From positions 124,001 through 188,000 of the forward strand of contig CAYXJN010000005.1 of the NCBI GenBank assembly GCA_964464605.1: a stretch of DNA of 64,000 bases, in the 5' to 3' direction. The notes under the pieces were generated by a model that made no database searches, was not told the origin of the DNA, and was given only the letters and a program-made list of their open reading frames with translations. The translations under genes and the position numbers were made by a program. Positions 28,568-37,596 of this stretch are shown here, one piece after another (position 1 is the stretch's first letter; every line of letters starts with the position of its first letter). This stretch comes from an uncultured Ignavibacteriales bacterium (GTDB lineage: Bacteria; Zixibacteria; MSB-5A5; GN15; FEB-12).

Positions 28568-29259
28568 AACGCCTTTTGTCGCTTCTTATCATATTGCTGT
28601 TAGTAACGTCATCAGCGTTTGCGCAAACCACAACAGAACGGCATCAGTTTGCCGCTAAGCTGTGGGGTGATGATAACACAAACGGCAAAAGCGGAACCAC
28701 CGCGACATCGGGTAATGGTAATACATCATCGGTTGCCATGTATGTCAACGCTGCTCCATCGGCCTGGCATAGCTCTTCGATTGAAGAAAAAATCGCCATG
28801 TTGTTGACTCGCAATTCATCAATGAAATTGTCCCGTCTGGTGCAGGATACTACTGTATGCAAATCAGCGCTGACCTATTCAGTCGGGATGGATTCTTTAG
28901 TGCATCGCGCCGAAGTATCCGGTGCCCGGTATGCCGTTGCTATTCGCGTGACCTCACCGGAAATCGTACGGAGAAAAACATTATCCGTGCCGCTCATATT
29001 TCACATGTATCAGGCGATGGGTGTGATCGAAGGGGAACTGCGGATTATCGACTTGCAAAAGAATCGCCAAGTTGCTGCAGAACCGTTTTCGGTAAGCATG
29101 AAGGGACCACGTGCGATGCAGGCGACGATGGATGATGATATCAATGATCCGGATTTACATGTCACTGCGCCGGAGAAACTGCGTTTTTTTAACGAGCTTG
29201 AACAAAAAGCGGCGGAACATATCAGCGGACGGGTTCGCAAATTCACGCGGGGGGGATGA
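28564..29259 (+). CDS. Secreted hypothetical protein (possible CsgG/FlgT-middle-like fold)
   Basis: Signal peptide; GARYAVAIRV..GELRIIDLQKNRQV pattern. Confidence 0.5.
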   Translation: MKRLLSLLIILLLVTSSAFAQTTTERHQFAAKLWGDDNTNGKSGTTATSGNGNTSSVAMYVNAAPSAWHSSSIEEKIAMLLTRNSSMKLSRLVQDTTVCKSALTYSVGMDSLVHRAEVSGARYAVAIRVTSPEIVRRKTLSVPLIFHMYQAMGVIEGELRIIDLQKNRQVAAEPFSVSMKGPRAMQATMDDDINDPDLHVTAPEKLRFFNELEQKAAEHISGRVRKFTRGG

Positions 29260-30161
29260 TGCCGACAACGATTCGTAAGAAAAAAACAGGTTCACCCAAG
29301 AAGCCAGAAAAAGCGGTCGCTCAAAAAACGACCGGTTCTTCACCTTCTTTGTTGTCCGGTTTACAGTTGATCGATGAGATCATTGCGATTCTCCGCAAAA
29401 ATGGAGAACCGGCAGCTGTTTTACGGGAAGCAGTCACGGCCTTAAATAAAATTTCCTCATTCGATGGCGCTTCGTTGTTTCTGAAAAACAAAGTGACCAG
29501 TAAGTATGATGAAATTGTTTCTATCAACGGCGGTGCGGCGATGCTCGATTTCGTTTCTCTTTCAACGGGAAGCGGTATCGCCGGTTTGACGGCATCGACT
29601 CGCAAACCGCTTTATCTGCCGGAGCGTTCCCGTTCCCGTCATTTTGATCCGGAACGGTCATTAAGCAGCTTGCTTTCTATCCCGCTTATGGCAGGAGAAG
29701 AATTAATCGGTGTGCTGAATTTAGGCGCGAAACCATCTCATGCTTTTTCTGAAACAGCGGTGCAGTTGTTTACGGCTTTGTCCAATCATCTGGCTATTGC
29801 TATTGAGCGATACTCGTTGCAGCGGGATTTATCCGGATTAGAGCAGCAGTTAGAAAAGGCGCTTGAAAAAACCGAGCATTTTACCCGTCAGATGAGTACG
29901 CTGACTGAAATCAAAGGTTCGCATGAAGAACGTCGCCGCGCCCTTAATGATGTTAACAATGCACTGGCGGTCATTATTGGTTCAATCGGAACACTGTTGT
30001 ATCAGCGTTCTGCCGTTGACCAGAAAATGCTATCACAACTTCGACGTTCCGAGCAGGCTGCGGTTCGCATTTCTAATGCTATCGGAAAATTGGATGTAAT
30101 GATTTCAGATTCATCTGACATCTTTCCTGCGACACCGAGGAAAACGCGGGTTCGTAACTAA
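29256..30161 (+). CDS. GAF protein with degenerate HisKA-like tail
   Basis: GAF (SLLSIPL..LIGVLNL..FSETAVQLF..LAIAIE), coiled coil, H-box-like LNDVNNALAVIIG lacking His, no ATPase domain. Confidence 0.75.
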   Translation: MMPTTIRKKKTGSPKKPEKAVAQKTTGSSPSLLSGLQLIDEIIAILRKNGEPAAVLREAVTALNKISSFDGASLFLKNKVTSKYDEIVSINGGAAMLDFVSLSTGSGIAGLTASTRKPLYLPERSRSRHFDPERSLSSLLSIPLMAGEELIGVLNLGAKPSHAFSETAVQLFTALSNHLAIAIERYSLQRDLSGLEQQLEKALEKTEHFTRQMSTLTEIKGSHEERRRALNDVNNALAVIIGSIGTLLYQRSAVDQKMLSQLRRSEQAAVRISNAIGKLDVMISDSSDIFPATPRKTRVRN

Positions 30162-30163
30162 AC

Positions 30164-31750
30164 ATGGAAGAAGCGCTTTCGACTGCGGAAGTCTCGACAT
30201 CGGTTTCTGAACGACAGAGACGTATCTCTGAACTTCCGGTACATGAACATCAAACACTGGTACTAAAACGAACGATGCCCGAAGATGTCATGAAAGAAAC
30301 AAATTCTCAACCATCCGACAACGCGGCGGTTCAGGATGATTTGTCTATGGATGTTCCCGGGAGCCCGTTCGATGAAGTTTGTATTTTAGCCGAGGTATCG
30401 TCAGCGCTTTCCTCTTCTTATGCGCTCTCGCAAATTTTACAGGTTATTCTTACCGGCGCGACAGCTTCGCAGGGCGTTGGTTTCAATCGCTGTTTTCTCT
30501 TTTTGTACGATGAAAAACAGGATGAATTGCGTGGGCATATGGCCGTGGGGCCTTCTTCGGTAGAAGAAGCAAACCGGATTTGGCAGCAGCTTGAAAACCA
30601 ACCGACCTCTTTCGGTGAACTGCTGGCAGAACGTCAGACAGGTAATGAACAGCAGGTTGATCCGATTACCCGGCGCATTGAAGGGATGACTATCTCTCTT
30701 GCCGAACCAGGTCTTGTTCGCACGATATGCGCGGAACATGCATCGGTAAATTTAGAAGAAACCACTGAGCGAGACAGTGGAACGGTTGCTCTTTTAGAAC
30801 GATTGGGAACTGCCAGCGCCGCTATTATTCCGATGACCGCCAACGGCAAATTGATGGGTCTGTTGATTGCGGATAACCAGATTACCGGACGCAAAATTTC
30901 AGATAGAGATGTTCGCTTGCTGCATATGCTGGCCAATCAAGCGGCGGTAGCAATGGAACGGGCGAAGTTGTACGAATCGCAGTTAGAGCGAGTTGACGAG
31001 CTGTTTATGATGAATCAATTGTTAGCTGATTCACAGGAACAGTTGGTGACGACCGAAAAGATGTCTTTCGTCGGCGAACTTACCTCTGCCGTCGCCGGAG
31101 AATTAAAGCACCCGATTTCAGTGATTGAAGGGTTTGCCTCGATTTTGAACCATACTTCATTGTCTGATGACCAGCGGGAATACTTGCGGATTTTGCATCA
31201 GGAGACCAAACGACTCGAATCAGTCGTGTCTCGTTTGGCTGAATTTTGTAATGTCAGCCGGTTGCCATATCGTAATTTTGATTTGAATGAACTGATACAG
31301 GAATTGGTACATACCAATCGAAACCGGGATCGACGACTCGAAACAATGCTTTCGCTCAAGACCTGTTCTGAATCGCTGCCGGTGATGGGAAACCGTGCCC
31401 AGCTTTCAATGGCGGTCGAACAGATGATGAAGCTGATTATCGACGAACTACCGACGCCGATTCATGTCGAACTGAGAACCGAATCGACACAGCAAATCGG
31501 GTCTTTGTATTTACGATTGACGTATCCCGAACAGAATGCCGCCATGTGCGGTCGGTCATTGCAAAGTATGCTTACCAGCCGCGGAAACAGTGTTCGATTG
31601 CCTGCACTGTTTGCCGGAGAGACGATTCGTTTTCATGGCGGCACGGTCGGTTGCGATATTCTGCCCAATGCAAATGTCCTGTTGTATTTCTCATTACCCT
31701 TGACACACCAGATTGTTTCGACTGCTATTCATCAAGAGGTACCCGCATGA
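30164..31750 (+). CDS. GAF-containing pseudo-histidine kinase
   Basis: GAF (GFNRCFLFL..GLLIADN..LANQAAVAMERAKLY), QLVTTEKM..VAGELKHPISVIEGFA (H replaced by G), eroded HATPase boxes. Confidence 0.75.
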   Translation: MEEALSTAEVSTSVSERQRRISELPVHEHQTLVLKRTMPEDVMKETNSQPSDNAAVQDDLSMDVPGSPFDEVCILAEVSSALSSSYALSQILQVILTGATASQGVGFNRCFLFLYDEKQDELRGHMAVGPSSVEEANRIWQQLENQPTSFGELLAERQTGNEQQVDPITRRIEGMTISLAEPGLVRTICAEHASVNLEETTERDSGTVALLERLGTASAAIIPMTANGKLMGLLIADNQITGRKISDRDVRLLHMLANQAAVAMERAKLYESQLERVDELFMMNQLLADSQEQLVTTEKMSFVGELTSAVAGELKHPISVIEGFASILNHTSLSDDQREYLRILHQETKRLESVVSRLAEFCNVSRLPYRNFDLNELIQELVHTNRNRDRRLETMLSLKTCSESLPVMGNRAQLSMAVEQMMKLIIDELPTPIHVELRTESTQQIGSLYLRLTYPEQNAAMCGRSLQSMLTSRGNSVRLPALFAGETIRFHGGTVGCDILPNANVLLYFSLPLTHQIVSTAIHQEVPA

Positions 31751-32127
31751 CCACCCCGCAATCCACCAATAATCAGACTCAGCAACAGTTAGTGGCACAA
31801 GTCGACGAGTTGAATGAGCAGGTTAAAGGGCTGGCGATCAATCTTGCCATTTATCTGGCGAAGGCCAAAACCGCTACTCCGGCATTCAACCGACTGGAAC
31901 CGGATTTTATTAAGCTCATTAATACCACATTAAAAGTGGTGCAGGAACTTACGGCTATTATCAACGCCAGCCGGAGTGAGGGGGGGATGCTCTATGAATA
32001 CCCCGCAGACCGCGCTACCGCCGATGCTCTGGAACTCAAAATGCGCAGTATTTTAGACCAATGCCGCTTTGTACTTGGCTCTCTGGCCGACCCGACCTCG
32101 ACCGGGGACAACAATATGCCGGTTTGA
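31747..32127 (+). CDS. Small coiled-coil protein resembling a degenerate MCP signalling tip
   Basis: Start re-called to ATG 31747 (ATGA overlap, GAGG SD); VDELNEQVKGLAINLAIYLAKAK. Confidence 0.6.
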   Translation: MTTPQSTNNQTQQQLVAQVDELNEQVKGLAINLAIYLAKAKTATPAFNRLEPDFIKLINTTLKVVQELTAIINASRSEGGMLYEYPADRATADALELKMRSILDQCRFVLGSLADPTSTGDNNMPV

Positions 32128-32142
32128 ACGGAAATTTCTCCC

Positions 32143-32169
32143 TTAAGAAGCCCAAAAATCCGCCGATAG
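32143..32169 (+). promoter_or_regulatory. Putative sigma-28 promoter
   Basis: TTAA-N15-GCCGATAG in the intergenic gap before the receiver genes. Confidence 0.55.
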
Positions 32170-32242
32170 TATTGTAGTAGCCCTGCTGGTAAAAGCACGG
32201 ACAACCAAAACAGAAGATAAAGTACTACAAGAAGATAGACAC

Positions 32243-32677
32243 ATGACACAACAAGAAATCCAGGTTCAGGACGAAATCGGCAAACTCACTCAAATGTCTG
32301 AAAAAAATGGACGCCCGTTTCGGCTGTTGATAGTCGATGATGAGCAGTGGGTACGCGAAGTGTTTCGTGATTTCTGCGAATTGACAAAAGTGCTCGAAGT
32401 CGAGATGGCCGCTTCCGGCGAAGAAGCGCTCAGCAAACTTCGCGTGAGCAAATTCGACTTGGTTACGCTGGATATCATTATGCCGGAACTTTCGGGATTG
32501 GAAACGCTCATTGCGCTCAAACGTTTTGCTCCGCAAACACCGGTGATGCTTGTTACCGGAAATGCCACCGATAAACTGGTGACCAAAGCGGGAGTGATGG
32601 GTGCATGCCAGGTAATGTATAAACCGGTACGGTTGGAAAACTTTATTGCCGGTGTTACCAGCGCGCTTTCTCGATAA
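32243..32677 (+). CDS. Stand-alone receiver (CheY-like)
   Basis: LIVDDE, DLVTLDIIMP, VTG, YKP; phosphorylation residues intact. Confidence 0.9.
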   Translation: MTQQEIQVQDEIGKLTQMSEKNGRPFRLLIVDDEQWVREVFRDFCELTKVLEVEMAASGEEALSKLRVSKFDLVTLDIIMPELSGLETLIALKRFAPQTPVMLVTGNATDKLVTKAGVMGACQVMYKPVRLENFIAGVTSALSR

Positions 32678-32735
32678 TGTCGCTTGCTTTGCACCTTTGG
32701 TTGATACCGTTTACTTCTCGGGCTAGGGAATTGAA

Positions 32736-33137
32736 ATGAAAACAGAGATTACTATTCTCGTCGTTGATGACGAAACTATGATGCACACGCTTTTACGCAA
32801 AATTCTCACGCGTGAAGGATACGGCGTACTCTGCGCCAATGACGGAGCGCACGCCCTTGAACTGATGCAATCCAACAAAGTCGATATGGTCCTCAGTGAT
32901 ATCAAAATGCCCCGTATGGACGGTTTCGAACTGCTCCGGCAGCTCAAGCTGAAATATCCGCACGTCGGCACGATTATTATGACCGCTTTTGGCGATACCT
33001 ATTCACTCAAAGACGCCCTGCTTTTGGGCGCGGATGAGTATATCACCAAACCGTTCAAAAGCTTCGAAGTTACCATGATCGTCGAGCGTGCCTACTGGCG
33101 CCTGACGGCATCCCGTAACCAGGAATCCCCTGCCTAA
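32736..33137 (+). CDS. Stand-alone receiver (CheY-like)
   Basis: ILVVDDE, LSDIKMPRMDG, MTA, YITKPF. Confidence 0.92.
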   Translation: MKTEITILVVDDETMMHTLLRKILTREGYGVLCANDGAHALELMQSNKVDMVLSDIKMPRMDGFELLRQLKLKYPHVGTIIMTAFGDTYSLKDALLLGADEYITKPFKSFEVTMIVERAYWRLTASRNQESPA

Positions 33138-33177
33138 CAAGCGTTCGGCCAGCTCATATGAGCGTATAAATTGGCCT

Positions 33178-33199
33178 GCCCTGAGCGTAGCCGAAGGGC
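33178..33199. repeat. REP-like short palindrome (single copy here)
   Basis: GCCCTGAGCGTAGCCGAAGGGC resembles the CCTGAGCG-N-CGAAGG family of intergenic repeats. Confidence 0.4.
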
Positions 33200-33320
33200 C
33201 ATTTTTCCCTCTAAAAACATAGATTTTCCTCCTGGAAATTCGTCCTTGAGTTTTCGGCCTTTGGCTGATACTTTTGGTTTTGTCGCCCATAGCCTTGCTG
33301 TGGGCAATTATTGCTGAGTC

Positions 33321-33414
33321 GGAGAGATGGCCGAGAGGCTGAAGGCGGCGGTTTGCTAAACCGTTATACGGTTGAAAAGCTGTATCCAGGGTTCGAATCC
33401 CTGTCTCTCCGCCA
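33321..33414 (+). tRNA. tRNA-Ser (GCT)
   Basis: GGAGAGA/TCTCTCC acceptor stem, anticodon arm GCGGT-TTGCTAA-ACCGT, long variable arm, GGTTCGAATCC, encoded CCA. Confidence 0.96.
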
Positions 33415-33466
33415 TAAATTCGAGTCATTTACAAACTCTCTGCAAAAATCACTTGGCATAGATATA

Positions 33467-33493
33467 TTAACCAGCCATAATTTCAGCCGATAT
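33467..33493 (+). promoter_or_regulatory. Putative sigma-28 promoter of the PAS kinase/receiver pair
   Basis: TTAA-N15-GCCGATAT about 80 bp upstream of the ATG at 33572. Confidence 0.55.
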
Positions 33494-33571
33494 TTAGCAT
33501 CAAGATCATAACAGAGTGTTTTTTGTGACCTCAATAAAGGGCAGAAGAGCCGCACAAGGAGTTTATAGCCG

Positions 33572-34795
33572 ATGACGGTAGAAACTCAAGTTTCCAAGCA
33601 AACCGCAATTAATCCGGATTTCCGTATGCTGTTTGAAGCTGCGCCGGGACTCTATTTGGTACTGGCTCCCGATTACACAATCGTGGCCGTGAGCACCGCT
33701 TATGCCAATGCTACTATGACCAAACGACATGAGATACTCGGTCGGGATCTCTTCGATGTTTTCCCCGACAACCCGGATGATCCCGCCACCGAAGGGGTCC
33801 GTAATCTGAAAGCTTCCTTGGCGCGTGTAAAACATGACCGCATTGCCGATGCCATGCCGGTACAAAAATATGATGTTCGCAAACCGGAATCTGAAGGTGG
33901 AGAGTTCGAAGCACGATTCTGGAGTCCGATGAATTTTCCGGTTTTGGATGCGGATGGGGAGTTAGCGTATATCATCCATCGTGTCGAAGATGTCACTGAG
34001 TTTATGCGCTCGCAACAAATACAGAATGACCAACAACTTGCACTTAATGAGAATAAAGAAGCTGATGTGGTTTCCCGAGCGCGTGATGTAGCGGAAGCAA
34101 GCCGGCAGTTGAAAGAGGCAAATCAGGAACTCGAAGCGTTTGCCTACTCGGTTTCACATGATCTCCGCGCCCCTCTTCGTGCAGTCGACGGCTATTCTCA
34201 GGCGTTGATAGAAGATTTCGGTGAAAAACTTGATGAAAGCGGAAAACGTTATCTTAAAGAAATTCGCGGCGGGGCCCAACGTATGGGTCAGTTGGTCGAT
34301 GACTTGCTTTCTTTCTCCCGCTTGAGCCGCCAGCCACTGAGCAAACGGACCATTGATATGGTTGCCATTATAAAGGATGTCATCGAAGAGTTAAAATCGC
34401 AGCAGGAAAACAGATCGGTGCACATCGGTGTCGACACTTTGCCTGCATGCGAAGGGGATGCATCCTTACTAAAGCAGGCATGGCTGAATTTGATTTCGAA
34501 TGCGCTGAAATACACGAGAAAATGCGAAACAGCGCGTATAGAAATCTGTTCGATGCGCAGTGATGAAGAGATAGTTTATTTCATTCGAGATAACGGCAGC
34601 GGTTTTGATATGAAATATTATGGCAAGTTGTTCGGCGTTTTTCAGCGACTGCACCGGCCGGATGAATATGAAGGTACTGGTGTCGGACTGGCAATTGTGC
34701 AGCGAGTCGTGACCCGTCATGGCGGAAGAGTCTGGGGTGAATCTTCACCGGGACAAGGAGCAACATTTTATTTTACCATAGGAGAAGGAAAGTAA
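33572..34795 (+). CDS. Cytoplasmic PAS sensor histidine kinase (Cph1-like kinase core)
   Basis: PAS_4 domain, [42 protein letters not shown]. Confidence 0.93.
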   Translation: MTVETQVSKQTAINPDFRMLFEAAPGLYLVLAPDYTIVAVSTAYANATMTKRHEILGRDLFDVFPDNPDDPATEGVRNLKASLARVKHDRIADAMPVQKYDVRKPESEGGEFEARFWSPMNFPVLDADGELAYIIHRVEDVTEFMRSQQIQNDQQLALNENKEADVVSRARDVAEASRQLKEANQELEAFAYSVSHDLRAPLRAVDGYSQALIEDFGEKLDESGKRYLKEIRGGAQRMGQLVDDLLSFSRLSRQPLSKRTIDMVAIIKDVIEELKSQQENRSVHIGVDTLPACEGDASLLKQAWLNLISNALKYTRKCETARIEICSMRSDEEIVYFIRDNGSGFDMKYYGKLFGVFQRLHRPDEYEGTGVGLAIVQRVVTRHGGRVWGESSPGQGATFYFTIGEGK

Positions 34796-34797
34796 GA

Positions 34798-35253
34798 ATG
34801 AACAGTATTGAGGCCGTAGAAATATTATTGGTAGAGGATAATCCCGCCGATGCGGAGTTGGCGATTCGTGCTTTGAAAAAAGCTAACCTTACTAACAGTA
34901 TACATATCGCGCAGGATGGGGAAGAGGCGCTTAAATATATTTTTTGCGAAGGGGAATTCACGAGCCGTCGTATCGAAGATGAGCCGCGTGTTATTTTGCT
35001 CGACCTCAAACTCCCCAAGGTGGATGGACTTGAAGTGTTACGACGTATCAAAAGCGATGAACGCACAAAATCGATTCCGGTAGTTGTGATGACATCATCG
35101 AAAGAGCAGAAAGATGTTATCGAAAGCTATAAGCTTGGAACGAATAGTTACATAGTGAAACCGGTTAATTTCGAACAATTCTCCATAGCCGTTCAGCAAT
35201 TAGGTTTGTACTGGCTTTTACTTAATCAGCCGCATCAGCCACATAAAGTATAG
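34798..35253 (+). CDS. Rcp1-like single-domain response regulator
   Basis: [39 protein letters not shown]. Confidence 0.93.
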   Translation: MNSIEAVEILLVEDNPADAELAIRALKKANLTNSIHIAQDGEEALKYIFCEGEFTSRRIEDEPRVILLDLKLPKVDGLEVLRRIKSDERTKSIPVVVMTSSKEQKDVIESYKLGTNSYIVKPVNFEQFSIAVQQLGLYWLLLNQPHQPHKV

Positions 35254-35341
35254 TTAACTCGTTTCCTTGCCGTCTTCACACAACGGCTGTTGCGTGGTAA
35301 CTCATTATAAGCCAACGTTGTGGCGCGTTTGCTCCAAATTC

Positions 35342-35373
35342 GGGAGTGTCATGTTATGACACTCCCTTTTCTT
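35342..35373 (+). terminator. Rho-independent terminator
   Basis: GGGAGTGTCAT-GTT-ATGACACTCCC followed by TTTTCTT. Confidence 0.75.
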
Positions 35374-35509
35374 ATCCTACCGTTTAGACTGCAAATTAAC
35401 AAAGAGATACGAGCAAAAACAGCCCTGAGATTTCTATTCACAACCTAAGCGGGCAACGGACATGAAACGGATGCAATAATCGCAATCTTATATCAGGGAT
35501 AGTGTTTCT

Positions 35510-37585
35510 ATGGGGAATTTTACCGAAACGTTCAGCGAAGTTCACACGCAGGAGCGTACGTACATCACACAGCGTCGAAATGAAATGAAATTTACCGATG
35601 ACGATTGGAAATTTCTAAAAGGGAAAATCGATCCGCTGCTTGCCGAAGAACAGCGCGGTAAGCACAACTATAACGAAGGCACGATCGGGCTTGCGCTTTC
35701 CGGCGGCGGTATTCGCTCAGCGACATTTAATCTTGGGTTACTACAGGCCCTTGCGAAACAAAAGCTGCTACGGTTTAGCGATTATCTATCGACCGTATCC
35801 GGCGGTGGTTATATCGGCAGTTGTTTAAGTTCCCTTCTTGATAACCCGGAAGCATCCACCGAATACGAAAAATTTCCGTTCCGGTTTAACAGGAGATCGA
35901 CTCCGGAAACGACACCGGATGAAACACTCGGCGAGGAACGTCAGGAAGTAAAATGGCTGCGTGAGCACGGCAACTATTTGGAAATCAGCAAGAACCCGTT
36001 TCGGTTCACCTTTTGGCGGTCGATAGGTCTGTATTTGTCAGGGTTGGTTTTAGTGAATCTAACCACTGCCGCGATTGTTATGACGGTAACTTTCGGTTTG
36101 TATCGATTGGTAAAAGCTTATAATTATTCGGAACCGGCATTGCTGAATTTAGCCTGGATAATCCTGATGGTCGCGCTCGGTGTTTTTGGTCTAATGGTCA
36201 TCTGCCGGGCTGGTTTCGCGCAACATGAGTTTGATTTGAAGGGGAGACGTGTAATCTCACGAATGTTGGGTGTATTGACCTGGACTGCGGCGATGGTTGC
36301 GAGTGTCAGCGGTCTCATTTATCTGGCAGTTTATTTACCAAACCTGCAATCGCAGACACAGGAATGGATACAAACGGCATTAGATGTAGGCCTGCTCGGT
36401 TCTCTTTTCGGTTTTCTGTTCGGGATGCCGAAAAACAATAACAAAACGGCACAAAAAATATTCGCGATCATTTTTCGCATTTCCAGCATTCTTCTTTTAC
36501 CACTTTTGCTTGCCGTGTTTATACGATGGCTCTGGTCGACAGAAATTGCGTTTTTAGGCAATACGATTTGGGGATTTCCCCTTGTTCCGGTTATTGCCTT
36601 AGGGTTGTTGATCGTCAGCTGCTTTATCGATGTTGACCGGATATCGCTTCACCATTTCTATCGTGATCGGCTAAGCGAGGCATACCTGTTTACGTTCAAA
36701 AAAGGCAAAATGCAGGATAATGAGGAAAAATTAATCAAAGATTTACACGAAGCTAAAAACGGCGCACCGTATCATTTGATAAATGCAACACTGAATATCC
36801 CCAGTTCACATGAACCTCGCCTGCGCGGGCGAAAATCAGATTTCTTTCTGTTTTCTAAGTATTATTGCGGTGCAGCATCGACCGGATACCGGCGCACTAC
36901 GGATTATAACGACGGTTCTTTGCGCCTCGCCACGGCAATGGCGATTTCCGGGGCGGCAGCCAGCCCGCAGATGGGGGAATTATTGAGTGGAACCGGAACA
37001 TTTGTGTTTACACTCTTGAATATCCGACTGGACCGATGGATGCCTAATCCAAATCCTAAATACGGCATTCCGCTTTGGCTTAAATGCGCCCCGTATTATT
37101 TCATGAAAGAGTTGTTAGGGCGTGGAGATGAGGATGATCGCCTGCTGAATTTATCGGACGGCGGACATATTGAAAATCTTGCGGTATATCAGTTAATCAA
37201 ACGCCGATGTAAGCTGATTATTGCATCCGATTCCGGCGCCGACCCTGATTTCTCTTTTGGCGATCTGGCAAATTTTATCCGCAAAGTACGAATCGATCTT
37301 GGGGCAGATGTCGATTTGAAATTGCATAAGCTACGGCTAAACGCCGATCGCCTTTGTGAATTGCACTATGCCAGCGGTACAATAGAGTATGCCGATGGCA
37401 CTACCGGCGTGCTCATTTATATCAGACCGTCGATCGATGGCAACGAACCGGAAGATATTCTCGGTTATCGCCGCAACAACCTGACCTTTCCGAACCAGAC
37501 GACGTTAGACCAGATCTTCGAAGAAGATCAATTCGAATCGTATAGGGCGCTTGGCTATTTTGCCGGCCGGAAAATATTTGCGTAA
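35510..37585 (+). CDS. Membrane-embedded patatin/cPLA2-like phospholipase
   Basis: GLALSGGGIRSATFNLG, LSTVSGGGY (catalytic Ser), LSDGGHIEN; about 6 TM helices inserted. Confidence 0.88.
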   Translation: MGNFTETFSEVHTQERTYITQRRNEMKFTDDDWKFLKGKIDPLLAEEQRGKHNYNEGTIGLALSGGGIRSATFNLGLLQALAKQKLLRFSDYLSTVSGGGYIGSCLSSLLDNPEASTEYEKFPFRFNRRSTPETTPDETLGEERQEVKWLREHGNYLEISKNPFRFTFWRSIGLYLSGLVLVNLTTAAIVMTVTFGLYRLVKAYNYSEPALLNLAWIILMVALGVFGLMVICRAGFAQHEFDLKGRRVISRMLGVLTWTAAMVASVSGLIYLAVYLPNLQSQTQEWIQTALDVGLLGSLFGFLFGMPKNNNKTAQKIFAIIFRISSILLLPLLLAVFIRWLWSTEIAFLGNTIWGFPLVPVIALGLLIVSCFIDVDRISLHHFYRDRLSEAYLFTFKKGKMQDNEEKLIKDLHEAKNGAPYHLINATLNIPSSHEPRLRGRKSDFFLFSKYYCGAASTGYRRTTDYNDGSLRLATAMAISGAAASPQMGELLSGTGTFVFTLLNIRLDRWMPNPNPKYGIPLWLKCAPYYFMKELLGRGDEDDRLLNLSDGGHIENLAVYQLIKRRCKLIIASDSGADPDFSFGDLANFIRKVRIDLGADVDLKLHKLRLNADRLCELHYASGTIEYADGTTGVLIYIRPSIDGNEPEDILGYRRNNLTFPNQTTLDQIFEEDQFESYRALGYFAGRKIFA

Positions 37586-37596
37586 TCGCTACATAG

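Noticed and set aside
33003..33555. ORFs overlapping the tRNA on both strands
   Set aside because: Shadow translations of tRNA-Ser
35276..35325. attC-like CACAAC..GTTGTG inverted repeat
   Set aside because: Too short, single copy, non-canonical boxes and no integron integrase
35440..35500. c-di-GMP-I riboswitch-like GGGCAA..GAAA..GGATGCAA
   Set aside because: The stem around GAAA does not pair and the second hairpin is missing
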